DNA of 64,000 nt from positions 1,489-65,488 of the forward strand of contig DATAEE010000263.1 in assembly GCA_036258175.1 (NCBI GenBank), in the 5' to 3' direction. Every line of letters starts with the position of its first letter. Position 1 is the stretch's first letter. Both the position numbers and the translations under genes were made by a program. This DNA is from Vicinamibacterales bacterium (GTDB taxonomy: Bacteria > Acidobacteriota > Vicinamibacteria > Vicinamibacterales > 2-12-FULL-66-21). The notes under the pieces were generated by a model. The model was given only the letters and a program-made list of their open reading frames with translations. It was not told the DNA's origin and did no database searches. Of this stretch, positions 1-8,320 are shown one piece after another.

Positions 1-382
1 CGACGGCCAGACCGATCGCCGGAGCGCCACCGCCCATCGCGCGCGATTTCACGACCGCGGGCAGCTGCTCCATCGCCTTCGCCGACGCCGGATCGAGCTT
101 GGATCGCTCGTTCAGCTCGGACACGGCGGACTGAAGCGATGAGATCTGCGACGCGAGTTCACCAGTCGCGGCGCGGTAGCTCTCGTTCTCCATCGTGAGA
201 GAGCTATTCAGTTCGCGGAGCGCGTTGATTTCGGCCGACGCGCTCCAGCGCGCGCCGAGACCCATCAGGATCGGCAGGCTTCCAAGGAAGACACAGACAC
301 CAAAGGCGGGCCCCAAGGGCACCGTAAACCGGCGTACAACGCCGGACGCCCGATTCGCTATCAGTACTGTGTACCGCTTCAT
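1..382 (-). CDS. N-terminal fragment (127 codons, runs off the left edge) of a membrane-anchored coiled-coil protein; the N-terminus resembles M23/LytM-type endopeptidases
   Basis: Absent from the ORF track because it has no stop in the window. Reverse-strand ATG at 382..380 opens an uninterrupted frame to position 2: MKRYTVLIANRASGVVRRFTVPLGPAFGVCVFLGSLPILMGLGARW...ENESYRAATGELASQISSLQSAVSELNERSKL. It shows a basic N-region, one TM helix and a coiled coil, with GC3-rich codons. The catalytic domain is not visible. Confidence 0.45.
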   Translation of the reverse strand, partial: MKRYTVLIANRASGVVRRFTVPLGPAFGVCVFLGSLPILMGLGARWSASAEINALRELNSSLTMENESYRAATGELASQISSLQSAVSELNERSKLDPASAKAMEQLPAVVKSRAMGGGAPAIGLAV

Positions 383-493
383 CAGCCGGGGGGCGGGAAG
401 CCCACAAACTGTAGCACAGACCCAGCTAGCCCCCGAAGTTGAAAAGTCGTGCAATCCCACGGCTGGGGTAACGGGTCGCCGGCCTTACCAAGC

Positions 494-509
494 TGGCGAG
501 CGCGTTGCA
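494..509 (+). promoter_or_regulatory. Candidate sigma-54 (-24/-12) promoter for the PEP-CTERM gene
   Basis: TGGCGAGCGCGTTGCA has GG and GC doublets with the 10-nt separation of the TGGCAC-N5-TTGCW consensus. It lies 74 nt upstream of ATG 583, and a GGGGAGGG Shine-Dalgarno sits just before the ATG. Confidence 0.35.
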
Positions 510-582
510 GTGAGGCCGTCGGCTGCGTCTCTCGTAGGCTTTCGCACCCGCGAGTTGCCCAACGAGGGTAGGGGAGGGACGA

Positions 583-1278
583 ATGAGGGCAATTCAGGTG
601 CGTCTGGCGCTGATACTGCTCTGCTTCAGCGTGGGGACCGCATACGCGGATCCGATCCAGATCACGGTCTTCGGCGGTGGTCCGACAGTCTTCGGCGATG
701 GTCCGACAGGCGCTATCTCGGGTCTGTCGGTAGACGGCCACAACATCTCGTTCGACCTGGCGTTGGGCATGTCGGGTCCGGTCTTCCTCTTGGTGAACGG
801 ATTGGGCGCGCGCGAGGACTTTCAGGTAACGGTGAACATGTCGGGTCGGTCCAACTGGACCGGTCTAACGGCTGAGATCCTCAATCCGTCTAGCGGATGG
901 GGCAACAGCCTCGACCCGAATCCGCAGCCAGCGTACGTGCCGCAGGGGTTCTCGACCTCCACGGACTACGACGGCTATGACTTCGCGCAGGGCTCCGGAC
1001 TGGAGCGTAGTTTCCTGATCGCGGGCGGTCCGGGCTTCGCCATGGTTGCCGATGAGTCGACCAACGCGCGCGATCTCCTGCGCTTCACGGGCTCTGGCAT
1101 GGGTATGGGCATGGCGATGTTTGGTCTCACAGCGGGCTATGGCGGAAGGGCGTTCCTCCTGCGCCTGGACGCGGGTAACCCGCTGGTGACGCCTGAGCCG
1201 GGCGCAATGCTGCTCGTGGGCACGGGTCTCGTTGCCATCGCGCGGGTCTTCAAGAAGCGTCGACGCAGCCGAGTCTGA
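583..1278 (+). CDS. PEP-CTERM sorting-domain protein (exosortase substrate), secreted
   Basis: N-terminal signal peptide MRAIQVRLALILLCFSVGTAYA. The C-terminus VTPEPGAMLLVGTGLVAIARVFKKRRRSRV gives PEP motif + TM helix + Arg-rich tail, the canonical PEP-CTERM tripartite signal. The exosortase gene follows 3 nt downstream. Confidence 0.85.
   Translation: MRAIQVRLALILLCFSVGTAYADPIQITVFGGGPTVFGDGPTGAISGLSVDGHNISFDLALGMSGPVFLLVNGLGAREDFQVTVNMSGRSNWTGLTAEILNPSSGWGNSLDPNPQPAYVPQGFSTSTDYDGYDFAQGSGLERSFLIAGGPGFAMVADESTNARDLLRFTGSGMGMGMAMFGLTAGYGGRAFLLRLDAGNPLVTPEPGAMLLVGTGLVAIARVFKKRRRSRV
667..708 (+). repeat. Tandem 21-bp in-frame duplication inside the PEP-CTERM gene
   Basis: gtcttcggcgGtggtccgaca followed directly by gtcttcggcgAtggtccgaca (20/21 identical). 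Encodes VFGGGPT-VFGDGPT. Confidence 0.8.
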
Positions 1279-1280
1279 CA

Positions 1281-2159
1281 GTGACGAAGTCGGATCGGCG
1301 CGGCGCGCTGAGCGTCGCGCTGATCGCCGCGGCCATCGCCGTTGCGTACGGGCCCGTCCTTGCGAAACTCGTCCGGCAATGGCTCGACGATGCGAACGCC
1401 TCGCATGGGCTCATCGTCGTACCGCTTGCTCTGTACCTCGTGTGGGCGAGACGGGTTCGCTGGCGCGCCCTGACGTTGCGTCCGTCCCCGGTGGGCTTGC
1501 TGGCTGTAGTCGGGAGTCTAGTACTTTACGCAGCCGGCGTCCTCGGCGCCGAGCTATACCTCTCTCGGATCTCGCTCGTGGGTGTTCTGGCCGGTGCGAC
1601 GTTGTTCGTGTGTGGTTGGGGTCACCTGCGCCTGCTCGCGTTTCCGCTGATTCTGGTTGCCCTTTCGGTTCCGCTTCCGGCAATCGTTCTGAACCAGATC
1701 ACGTTCCCTCTGCAGCTTCTGGCGTCGCGCATCGGCGAGACGGTCATTGCCGCGGCGGGCGTTCCCATCTTGCGGGAAGGGAACGTCCTCGTCCTCGCCG
1801 ACACGACCCTCGAAGTGGCCGAGGCGTGCAGCGGAATTCGTTCGCTGGTCTCGCTCGTCACGCTCGCGGTCGTCGCGGCGTACTTCCGGGGCGGCACGAG
1901 GATCGGCGGAATTGTGCTCGTGATGCTGGCCCTGCCGATCGCCGTCGTCGCGAATGCCGCGCGCGTCGCCGGGACCGGATTGGCTGCGCACTTCTGGGGC
2001 CCCGGAGCTGCGGAGGGTTTCTTCCATACCTTCTCCGGCTGGCTCGTGTTCGTCGTGGCGGCGGCGCTGCTCGTGCTCAGCGAGCGCGTCATCTCGCGTG
2101 CCGAGCGTTCGGGGCGTTACAGCCCCACCAGGGAGGCGACGTGCGCACCCGCGCCCTGA
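1281..2159 (+). CDS. Exosortase (EpsH/Xrt family polytopic membrane transpeptidase)
   Basis: GTG start. Multi-TM protein containing LEVAEACSGIRSLVSL (the exosortase catalytic Cys motif) and NAARVAGTGL. It sits immediately after a PEP-CTERM gene and before EpsI. Confidence 0.85.
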   Translation: MTKSDRRGALSVALIAAAIAVAYGPVLAKLVRQWLDDANASHGLIVVPLALYLVWARRVRWRALTLRPSPVGLLAVVGSLVLYAAGVLGAELYLSRISLVGVLAGATLFVCGWGHLRLLAFPLILVALSVPLPAIVLNQITFPLQLLASRIGETVIAAAGVPILREGNVLVLADTTLEVAEACSGIRSLVSLVTLAVVAAYFRGGTRIGGIVLVMLALPIAVVANAARVAGTGLAAHFWGPGAAEGFFHTFSGWLVFVVAAALLVLSERVISRAERSGRYSPTREATCAPAP

Positions 2160-2773
2160 TTGTCGCCGTCCTCGTGGCGGCGACTGCGTTCGCCACGCGG
2201 GGAATCAGCCGCGCGACCACCGCGGCCGGCGGATCGGTGGTGGTCCAGCCGCTCGGCCGTCTGCCGCTGACGATTGCCGACTGGTCGGGCCGACGGCTAC
2301 CTGATGTCGATGAGGCCTCGCAGCGGGTGCTCGGAGCGGACGACTACTTGAATCGGCGGTACGCCCGCGGGAAAGAGGCCATCGTCGATTTGTTTGTTGC
2401 GTTCTACGCGAGCCAGCGTCAGGGAGACGCTATCCACTCGCCGCGAAACTGTCTGCCGGGCGCCGGCTGGCGGCCGGTCGCGCAGTCCACGGTCCCCTTC
2501 GCCGTGAACGAAAACCGCACCGTGACTGTGAACAGGTACGTAATCGAAAAGGGCCACGATCGACGCATCGTTTATTACTGGTACCAGGGCCGCGGTCGCG
2601 TCGTTGCGAACGAGTACGCCAACAAGGCGTGGCTCGTGATCGACGCAATGCGGACCGGGCGGTCTGACGGCGCCCTCGTTCGCGCCATGGCGCCGGCAAC
2701 GCTCGAAGGCGAACGCGACACGAAAGCCTTTGTCCAGGCGCTTTTCGCGCCGCTCTCACAGGCACTGCCATGA
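2141..2773 (+). CDS. EpsI family exosortase-associated protein
   Basis: This is the 3-prime third of the 1232..2773 ORF. GTG at 2141 is preceded by GGGAGG. Translation VRTRALIVAVLVAATAFA...IADWSGRRLPDVDEASQRVLGADDYLNRRY...QRQGDAIHSPRNCLPGAGW matches the EpsI pattern. It overlaps the exosortase end by 19 nt. Confidence 0.8.
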   Translation: MRTRALIVAVLVAATAFATRGISRATTAAGGSVVVQPLGRLPLTIADWSGRRLPDVDEASQRVLGADDYLNRRYARGKEAIVDLFVAFYASQRQGDAIHSPRNCLPGAGWRPVAQSTVPFAVNENRTVTVNRYVIEKGHDRRIVYYWYQGRGRVVANEYANKAWLVIDAMRTGRSDGALVRAMAPATLEGERDTKAFVQALFAPLSQALP

Positions 2774-4827
2774 AACGCATCCTTCTCCTGTCACTGCTGA
2801 TCTGCGCCGCCTGCGGCGGCGATCCTGCCGAGCGGGCGCGCGCCTACACGGCGAGCGGCGATGACTACGCAGCCAAAGGGCAGCTGAACGAGGCGGTCAT
2901 CGAGTACCGGAACGCGGCCAAGGCGGATCCGAACCGCGTCGAGGTCTTCGTCAAGCTGGGACGTGCCTTGCGGAAGCTCGGGCGCGTCCCTGATGCGTAT
3001 GCCGCGCTGTCGCGTGCCGCCGAACTCAATCCACGCGACGCCGCTACTCAGCTCGAGCTGGCTTCAATCCTGATTGCGGAAGGGGACTTCCAGGGCGCGC
3101 GCGTTCGCGCCGAACAGGCATTGCAGTCGGAACCATCCAACGCCGAGGCTCACGTCCTTCTTGGCACCGCGCTTATCGGCCTCGAAAAGCTGGACGTCGC
3201 GGTCGAACAGCTGGAACGCGCGATGCGCATCGACCCGACCCATGCGGGGTCGTTCGCTGCGCTGGGTTCGTTGCGTCTCTTCCAAGGCAAGAAAGACGAA
3301 GCGGCGACTCTTCTCCGAAAAGCGGCTGAGCTGGATCCGAAGTCGGCGCGTCCCCACATAGCGCTGGCGAATTTTTACTGGGCGCTCGGCGACAAGGCGC
3401 GCGCCGAAGCGGAGTTGAACGAGGCGCTCAAACGCGAACCTGAGAACCGTCTGGCGCACCGGGCCGCAGCGATGCTCTACCTGGTGACCGGCAGGGCGAG
3501 GGAAGCAGAGCCGCATCTGGCGGCGCTCGCTGCGACTGGCATGCCGCGCGACCGGTTGGCATTGGCGGAGTTCAAAGCGGCGCATGGCCGCCGCGACGAG
3601 GCGAAGGGCGACGTCGCGCTCCTCTTGAAGAACCGCGAACCCGAGACTCAGGCGGCGGCGCACGCGCTCAATGCCCGGCTCTACCTCGCGGCGACCCCTC
3701 CCGATCCCCAGGCGGCGGTGAAGGAAGGACGTGCGGCGGTGACCGCGATGGCGCAGGCTCCAGAGGCGCATTACGCGCTTGGCCTCGCCCTCGCTGCGAC
3801 CGGACAGTACGACGAAGCGGATGCCGCGTTTGCGGAGGTGTTGCGGCTGGAGCCGCGCGCCGCCGTGGCGGCCCTTGAGCGCTCGCGGCTCAGCCTGGCC
3901 CGGGGCGACGGCCGCGCCGCGATTGAGACAGCCAGAGCAGCGGCCAGCAGTCCGTCGGGAGGCGCCGCAGCGTCACTGCAGCTCGCGCGCAGCTTGCGCG
4001 CGACAGGCCGCCTCACTGAAGCGCGCGCCGAGCTCGCGTCGCTTCGCGCCTCGGCCGGCGACTCCACCGAGGTTCAGACCGAGGCGGCGTGGCTCGCGCT
4101 GGCGTCAGGCGAACGCGCCGCAGCCCGCGCCGCGTTCGAGCGCCTCGGTGTGCTGGAAGGACTCGTTGCCGCCGATCTCCACGACGGCCACGTCGATGCC
4201 GCTCGGGCGCGGGTCAATCCCTTGCTCGACGCGAAGCCGAACGATCCGTCCACGCTCATGCTCGCAGCGCGCGTCGAGCTCGCGGCTCAGGATCCGGACG
4301 CCGCAGAACCGTACCTCAATCGAGTGCTCGAACTCGACCCGCGCTCGCTCGACGCGTACTATTTACTGGCCGACATCTACCGTCGCCGCGGCAACGCTTC
4401 GCGGGCGCGTGCCGAATTTGAGCGCGCGTTGGAGACAAGGCCGGACGCCGCCGTTCCAACGCGCACGATGCTGGGGCTCATCGAGCAGGCCGAGGGAAAT
4501 GCGGCGCAGGCGGAGCAACAGTACCGAGCGGCGCTCGCTCGCGATTCGCGCGCCGGCGTCGCGGCGAACAATCTGGCGTGGCTCCTCGCGGAGCGGGGAG
4601 AAATCGACGAAGCGCGCCGCTTGGCCGAGACCGCCGTGCGGGAGCTGCCGGGCCGCCCCGAAGCCCAGCACACGCTCGGATGGGTGATGCTGAAACAGGG
4701 ACGTCCCCGTGAGGCCATCCGTCCGCTCGAGGCGAGCGTCAAGCTCGCGCCGGATCGCGCACAGTACCGCGATGATCTGACCCGCGCGCGGCGTGAGGCG
4801 GCGCCCAAAACGAAGACCGACGAGTAA
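2770..4827 (+). CDS. TPR-repeat (lipo)protein of the PEP-CTERM system (PrsT-like)
   Basis: Signal MKRILLLSLLICAACGG, then about 16 recognisable TPR units (e.g. AVIEYRNAAKADPNRVEVFVKLGRAL). ATGA overlap with the EpsI stop. Confidence 0.8.
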   Translation: MKRILLLSLLICAACGGDPAERARAYTASGDDYAAKGQLNEAVIEYRNAAKADPNRVEVFVKLGRALRKLGRVPDAYAALSRAAELNPRDAATQLELASILIAEGDFQGARVRAEQALQSEPSNAEAHVLLGTALIGLEKLDVAVEQLERAMRIDPTHAGSFAALGSLRLFQGKKDEAATLLRKAAELDPKSARPHIALANFYWALGDKARAEAELNEALKREPENRLAHRAAAMLYLVTGRAREAEPHLAALAATGMPRDRLALAEFKAAHGRRDEAKGDVALLLKNREPETQAAAHALNARLYLAATPPDPQAAVKEGRAAVTAMAQAPEAHYALGLALAATGQYDEADAAFAEVLRLEPRAAVAALERSRLSLARGDGRAAIETARAAASSPSGGAAASLQLARSLRATGRLTEARAELASLRASAGDSTEVQTEAAWLALASGERAAARAAFERLGVLEGLVAADLHDGHVDAARARVNPLLDAKPNDPSTLMLAARVELAAQDPDAAEPYLNRVLELDPRSLDAYYLLADIYRRRGNASRARAEFERALETRPDAAVPTRTMLGLIEQAEGNAAQAEQQYRAALARDSRAGVAANNLAWLLAERGEIDEARRLAETAVRELPGRPEAQHTLGWVMLKQGRPREAIRPLEASVKLAPDRAQYRDDLTRARREAAPKTKTDE

Positions 4828-4835
4828 GCCGGTGC

Positions 4836-6320
4836 TCAGTTCAGCCTGAACTGAAGCGCCTCGGCGATGTGCGCGCGGGCGACGGCCGGCTCGCCCGCGA
4901 GGTCGGCGATCGTTCGCGACACGCGGAGCACGCGATCGTGCCCGCGTGCACTCAAGCCAAAGCGTTGCGCCGCCTGTTCCAGCAACTGCGCACCAGCCGC
5001 CTCAGGCCACGCGTGCTCGCGGAGCGCTCGCCCCTCGAGGCGCGCATTCAATCCACGGATCTGCCGGCGACGTGCGGCGGACACGCGCTCCCGGATCGCC
5101 GATGAGCCCTCGGCGTGACCGGTCTCCGCCAGAGTGCGGGCCGGCACGGGTGCCACTTGCACCACGAGGTCAATCCGATCGCGAAGCGGCCCCGAGATGC
5201 GCCCGGCGTAGCGCTGGACCTGCGACGGCGTGCAGCGGCACACGCGAATCGGATCCCCCAGAAATCCGCACGGACAGGGGTTCATCGCGGCCACCAGCAT
5301 GAAGCGGGATGGAAAGACCGCCGTGCGCGCCGCCCTGGCGATGCGCGCGCAGCCTTCCTCCAGCGGCTGGCGCAGCACTTCGAGGACCCGCCGGCCGAAC
5401 TCGGGCATCTCGTCCAGGAACAGGACTCCGTGGTGGGCGAGGCTAATCTCGCCGGGCCGCGGAATCGCGCCCCCTCCGACGAGCGCCGCGTCGGAAACCG
5501 TGTGATGCGGTGCGCGGAACGGCCGCGTCACCACCAACCCGCTGTTGCTCGGCAGCAGGCCGGCGACCGAATGGATGGCAGTGACCTCGAGCGCCTCGTC
5601 GAAGGTGAGCGGAGGAAGGATTCCGGCGAGCCGCCTCGCCATCATCGTCTTGCCGGCCCCCGGTGAACCGACCATTAACGCGTTGTGTCCCCCGGCCGCC
5701 GCGATTTCGAGCGCGCGCCGAGCGAGCGCCTGCCCGCGGACGTCCGCGAAATCGCCGGCATGTACGTCGATTCTCGGCGCCGGCGGCACCGGCTCTGGCG
5801 TCACGCGCTCCGGCTGGTTGAGTGCCGCCACCGCCTGGACAAGGGAATCGACTGGCAGCACGCGCAGTCCTTCGACGATAGCCGCTTCCCCTGCGTTCGC
5901 GCGCGGCAACAGCATTCCGGAGCGCCCCGCCCGCCGCGCCGCGGCAGCAATGGGGAGCGCGCCACGCGCCGCGTGAATCCCGCCGTCTAGCGCGAGTTCG
6001 CCAATCAGAACGAGCTCTGGAACGTGACGCCGTTCGACGATGCCACTGGCCGCCAGAATCGCGAGCGCGATGGGAAGATCGAACGACGATCCCGCCTTGC
6101 GCAGGTCCGCCGGCGCCAGGTTCACGGTCACGCGCTGCGGGGGAAACCCATATCCGGCGTTCCGGATGGCCGCCTTGACGCGATCACGGCTCTCGCGGAC
6201 GCTCGCGTCAGGGAGACCAACCATCGTGAAGTGGGGAAGTCCGCGCGACACGTCGACCTCCACGTGAACTTCGTACACGTCGAGGCCGAACAGCGTCGCG
6301 GTCAGGAGCGACGACAGCAC
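4836..6320 (-). CDS. comM: YifB/ComM family Mg-chelatase-like AAA+ ATPase
   Basis: VLSSLLTATLFGLDVYEVHVEVDVSRGLPHFTMVGLPD (Lon-like N-domain), Walker A GSPGAGKT, VLFLDEMPEF. GTG 6320 fits the family N-terminus; ATG 6353 is the alternative start. Confidence 0.9.
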   Translation of the reverse strand: MLSSLLTATLFGLDVYEVHVEVDVSRGLPHFTMVGLPDASVRESRDRVKAAIRNAGYGFPPQRVTVNLAPADLRKAGSSFDLPIALAILAASGIVERRHVPELVLIGELALDGGIHAARGALPIAAAARRAGRSGMLLPRANAGEAAIVEGLRVLPVDSLVQAVAALNQPERVTPEPVPPAPRIDVHAGDFADVRGQALARRALEIAAAGGHNALMVGSPGAGKTMMARRLAGILPPLTFDEALEVTAIHSVAGLLPSNSGLVVTRPFRAPHHTVSDAALVGGGAIPRPGEISLAHHGVLFLDEMPEFGRRVLEVLRQPLEEGCARIARAARTAVFPSRFMLVAAMNPCPCGFLGDPIRVCRCTPSQVQRYAGRISGPLRDRIDLVVQVAPVPARTLAETGHAEGSSAIRERVSAARRRQIRGLNARLEGRALREHAWPEAAGAQLLEQAAQRFGLSARGHDRVLRVSRTIADLAGEPAVARAHIAEALQFRLN

Positions 6321-6408
6321 GGCACCCGTGCTGCAAGAAGCGCAGCGCGGCATGCCGAACGTGCCATCAACAGGTTACGGGCCGGGGCGGGCAAAAACTG
6401 CAACGCGC

Positions 6409-8133
6409 TCAGCGCACGTTGGTGGCAAAGATCGTCAAGCGATCGCCGGCCGAGATGCGGTTGCTCCGCAGCCGGTTCCACGTCTTGATTTTCTCGACGG
6501 TCGTGTCGTAGAGCCGCGCGATGCCGAAGAGCGTGTCTCCTCGCTTCACGCGATGGATGACCCGGCTGGATGCCGGGCGTGCATCAGGCGTTTGAGTGGC
6601 CCCGGTCAGCGACCGCGAGACCGCAAGCGATGCGGGCGGCTGCCGGTCCGTGCGGGCGGCCATCAGGGCGGCGGGTGCCCGCGGGATGATCAGCTGCTGT
6701 CCAGTGCGCACCCGCGACTTGAGCGACAAGCCATTGGCTTCCGCGAGATCGGTGCGGCTCACGCCCAGCTTGCGCGCGATCGTTTTGATCGACTCGCCCC
6801 GCTTGACCGTGTGCCACTTGAGGGCCGTCAGCTCCGCCGCGGGCGCCGATGCGAGCTCTGCTCGCAGACGGTCGCCCGAACCGACGGGGACTTTCACGTC
6901 GTACTCGTACTTCACCGGCGTGGTCCAGCGGCGCAGCTCGGGATTGAGCGCCTGGATCTCGTCAATGGTCGTGCCGGCCCATTCGGCGACGCGACGCAGG
7001 TCGACGCCTCGCGGCACCTGCACCTTTTCGTACTCGACCGGCTCGGCCGCCTCGACGGTCAGGCCGTACTGATTGGGATTGCGAGCGATGATCATCGCCG
7101 CGAGGACCAGCGGAACGTACTCGCGGGTTTCGCGCGGCAGGTACCTCGAGGTCGACGTCAAAGCCCAGAAGTCGGTGCGTCCGGACCTCCGCATCGCGCG
7201 CTGGAGACGGCCGAGGCCTCCGTTGTACGCCGCAAGCGCCAGGTGCCAGTCACCGAACTGCCGGTAGAGCGTCTTCAGGTACTTCGCCGCCGCCTGCGTG
7301 GCCTTTTCGGGATCCGACCGCTCGTCGATATACCAATCCGTGCGCAGACCGTTCTCGAGCGCCGTCCCGCGCATGAACTGCCAGACGCCCTTCGCCTTCG
7401 CCCGCGACAATGCGTTGGGTTTGAACGCGCTCTCGATGAGCGGCACGTAGGCGAGATCGAGCGGCAGTCCTTCGGCGCGGAATACGCTCTGGATCATCGG
7501 CAGGTATCTGCTGCCCCGGTTGAGCCCGTCCTGGATGTAATCCCGCAGTTTGCCCTGAAAGAGTTCCACGTACGACAACACGCGCTGGTTGGCTGGAATC
7601 GGGACGTCGTGGCTGGTCTCGGCGAGGTCTGCTTCAACAGCGACGCGGGTGCTCGGCTCCGGCTCCGGCATCGGGAAGGTCGCGATCTCGAGCAGCTCGT
7701 CGATCGATGCCGGCTCGTACCGCTTCTCGTCGAAGCCATCACCTTGCGCGAGCGCCGTGACCTCGTGAGCGTTGATGCGATCGACGAGCCGATCGAAATG
7801 TTCGCGGAGCCGCGCGTTGGTTCGCGCACCCATCGGCGATTCAAGCAGTACGTCGACCGCCCGATCGAATTCAGTGCGTGCTTGCTCGAGATGACCGAGC
7901 TTCAACTCGCGTTCGCCGGCGGCGAAGTGACGCTCTGAAAGCGCGATCAGATCGGAAACCGGATCAGATGGTTTTGGCGGTTGCGGCGCCGCAGCCTGGG
8001 CCGCTGGCGGTGCGGGCGCCGTCTTCGGCGCCGTAGCGGGACGTTCGTTCGTGCTCGCGCAGCCAGCGGCGATCGTGCCCGCCAGCACTGCCACCCACAA
8101 CAGTCTGTCAGCGCGCATCCAGTCGCTCCGCAT
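6409..8133 (-). CDS. Membrane-bound lytic murein transglycosylase with LysM domains (MltD-like lipoprotein)
   Basis: MRSDWMRADRLLWVAVLAGTIAAGCAS lipobox. SLT catalytic region AYVPLIESAFKPNALSRAKAKGVWQFM...LALAAYNGG. Two C-terminal LysM repeats (HTVKRGESIKTIARKLGV..., HRVKRGDTLFGIARLYDT...). Confidence 0.85.
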   Translation of the reverse strand: MRSDWMRADRLLWVAVLAGTIAAGCASTNERPATAPKTAPAPPAAQAAAPQPPKPSDPVSDLIALSERHFAAGERELKLGHLEQARTEFDRAVDVLLESPMGARTNARLREHFDRLVDRINAHEVTALAQGDGFDEKRYEPASIDELLEIATFPMPEPEPSTRVAVEADLAETSHDVPIPANQRVLSYVELFQGKLRDYIQDGLNRGSRYLPMIQSVFRAEGLPLDLAYVPLIESAFKPNALSRAKAKGVWQFMRGTALENGLRTDWYIDERSDPEKATQAAAKYLKTLYRQFGDWHLALAAYNGGLGRLQRAMRRSGRTDFWALTSTSRYLPRETREYVPLVLAAMIIARNPNQYGLTVEAAEPVEYEKVQVPRGVDLRRVAEWAGTTIDEIQALNPELRRWTTPVKYEYDVKVPVGSGDRLRAELASAPAAELTALKWHTVKRGESIKTIARKLGVSRTDLAEANGLSLKSRVRTGQQLIIPRAPAALMAARTDRQPPASLAVSRSLTGATQTPDARPASSRVIHRVKRGDTLFGIARLYDTTVEKIKTWNRLRSNRISAGDRLTIFATNVR

Positions 8134-8320
8134 CAGACGAACCCTAAACCCATGAACTGACTCGACAAACGGTCGAGTTTGTCTGGGCTCAGCGGTAAGC
8201 AAGGGGGGTGCCCAGATCGTGGTTGGGGAAGCGACTAACCCCAATAACTGGTGGCGGACTCTAGCACCCCAACAGCTTGGGGGTCAAGCATAACCTCCAC
8301 CACAACAGCCATATAGACGG

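Noticed and set aside
1232-2140. 5-prime two-thirds of the 513-aa ORF 1232..2773
   Set aside because: It overlaps the exosortase gene in another frame and translates to Arg-rich nonsense. Only the last 210 codons (from GTG 2141, preceded by GGGAGG) match EpsI.
6259-6272. CACGTG-centred strings (also near 10190, 31601 and 11345) as possible parS sites
   Set aside because: Each matches only 9-10 of 16 positions of TGTTTCACGTGAAACA, lacks dyad symmetry and lies inside a coding region. No convincing parS is present in the window.
6328-7938. 536-aa plus-strand ORF
   Set aside because: It is entirely antisense to the well-supported LysM transglycosylase gene. The translation is Arg/Gly/Pro-rich with no recognisable motif. 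This is the typical shadow ORF of a high-GC genome.
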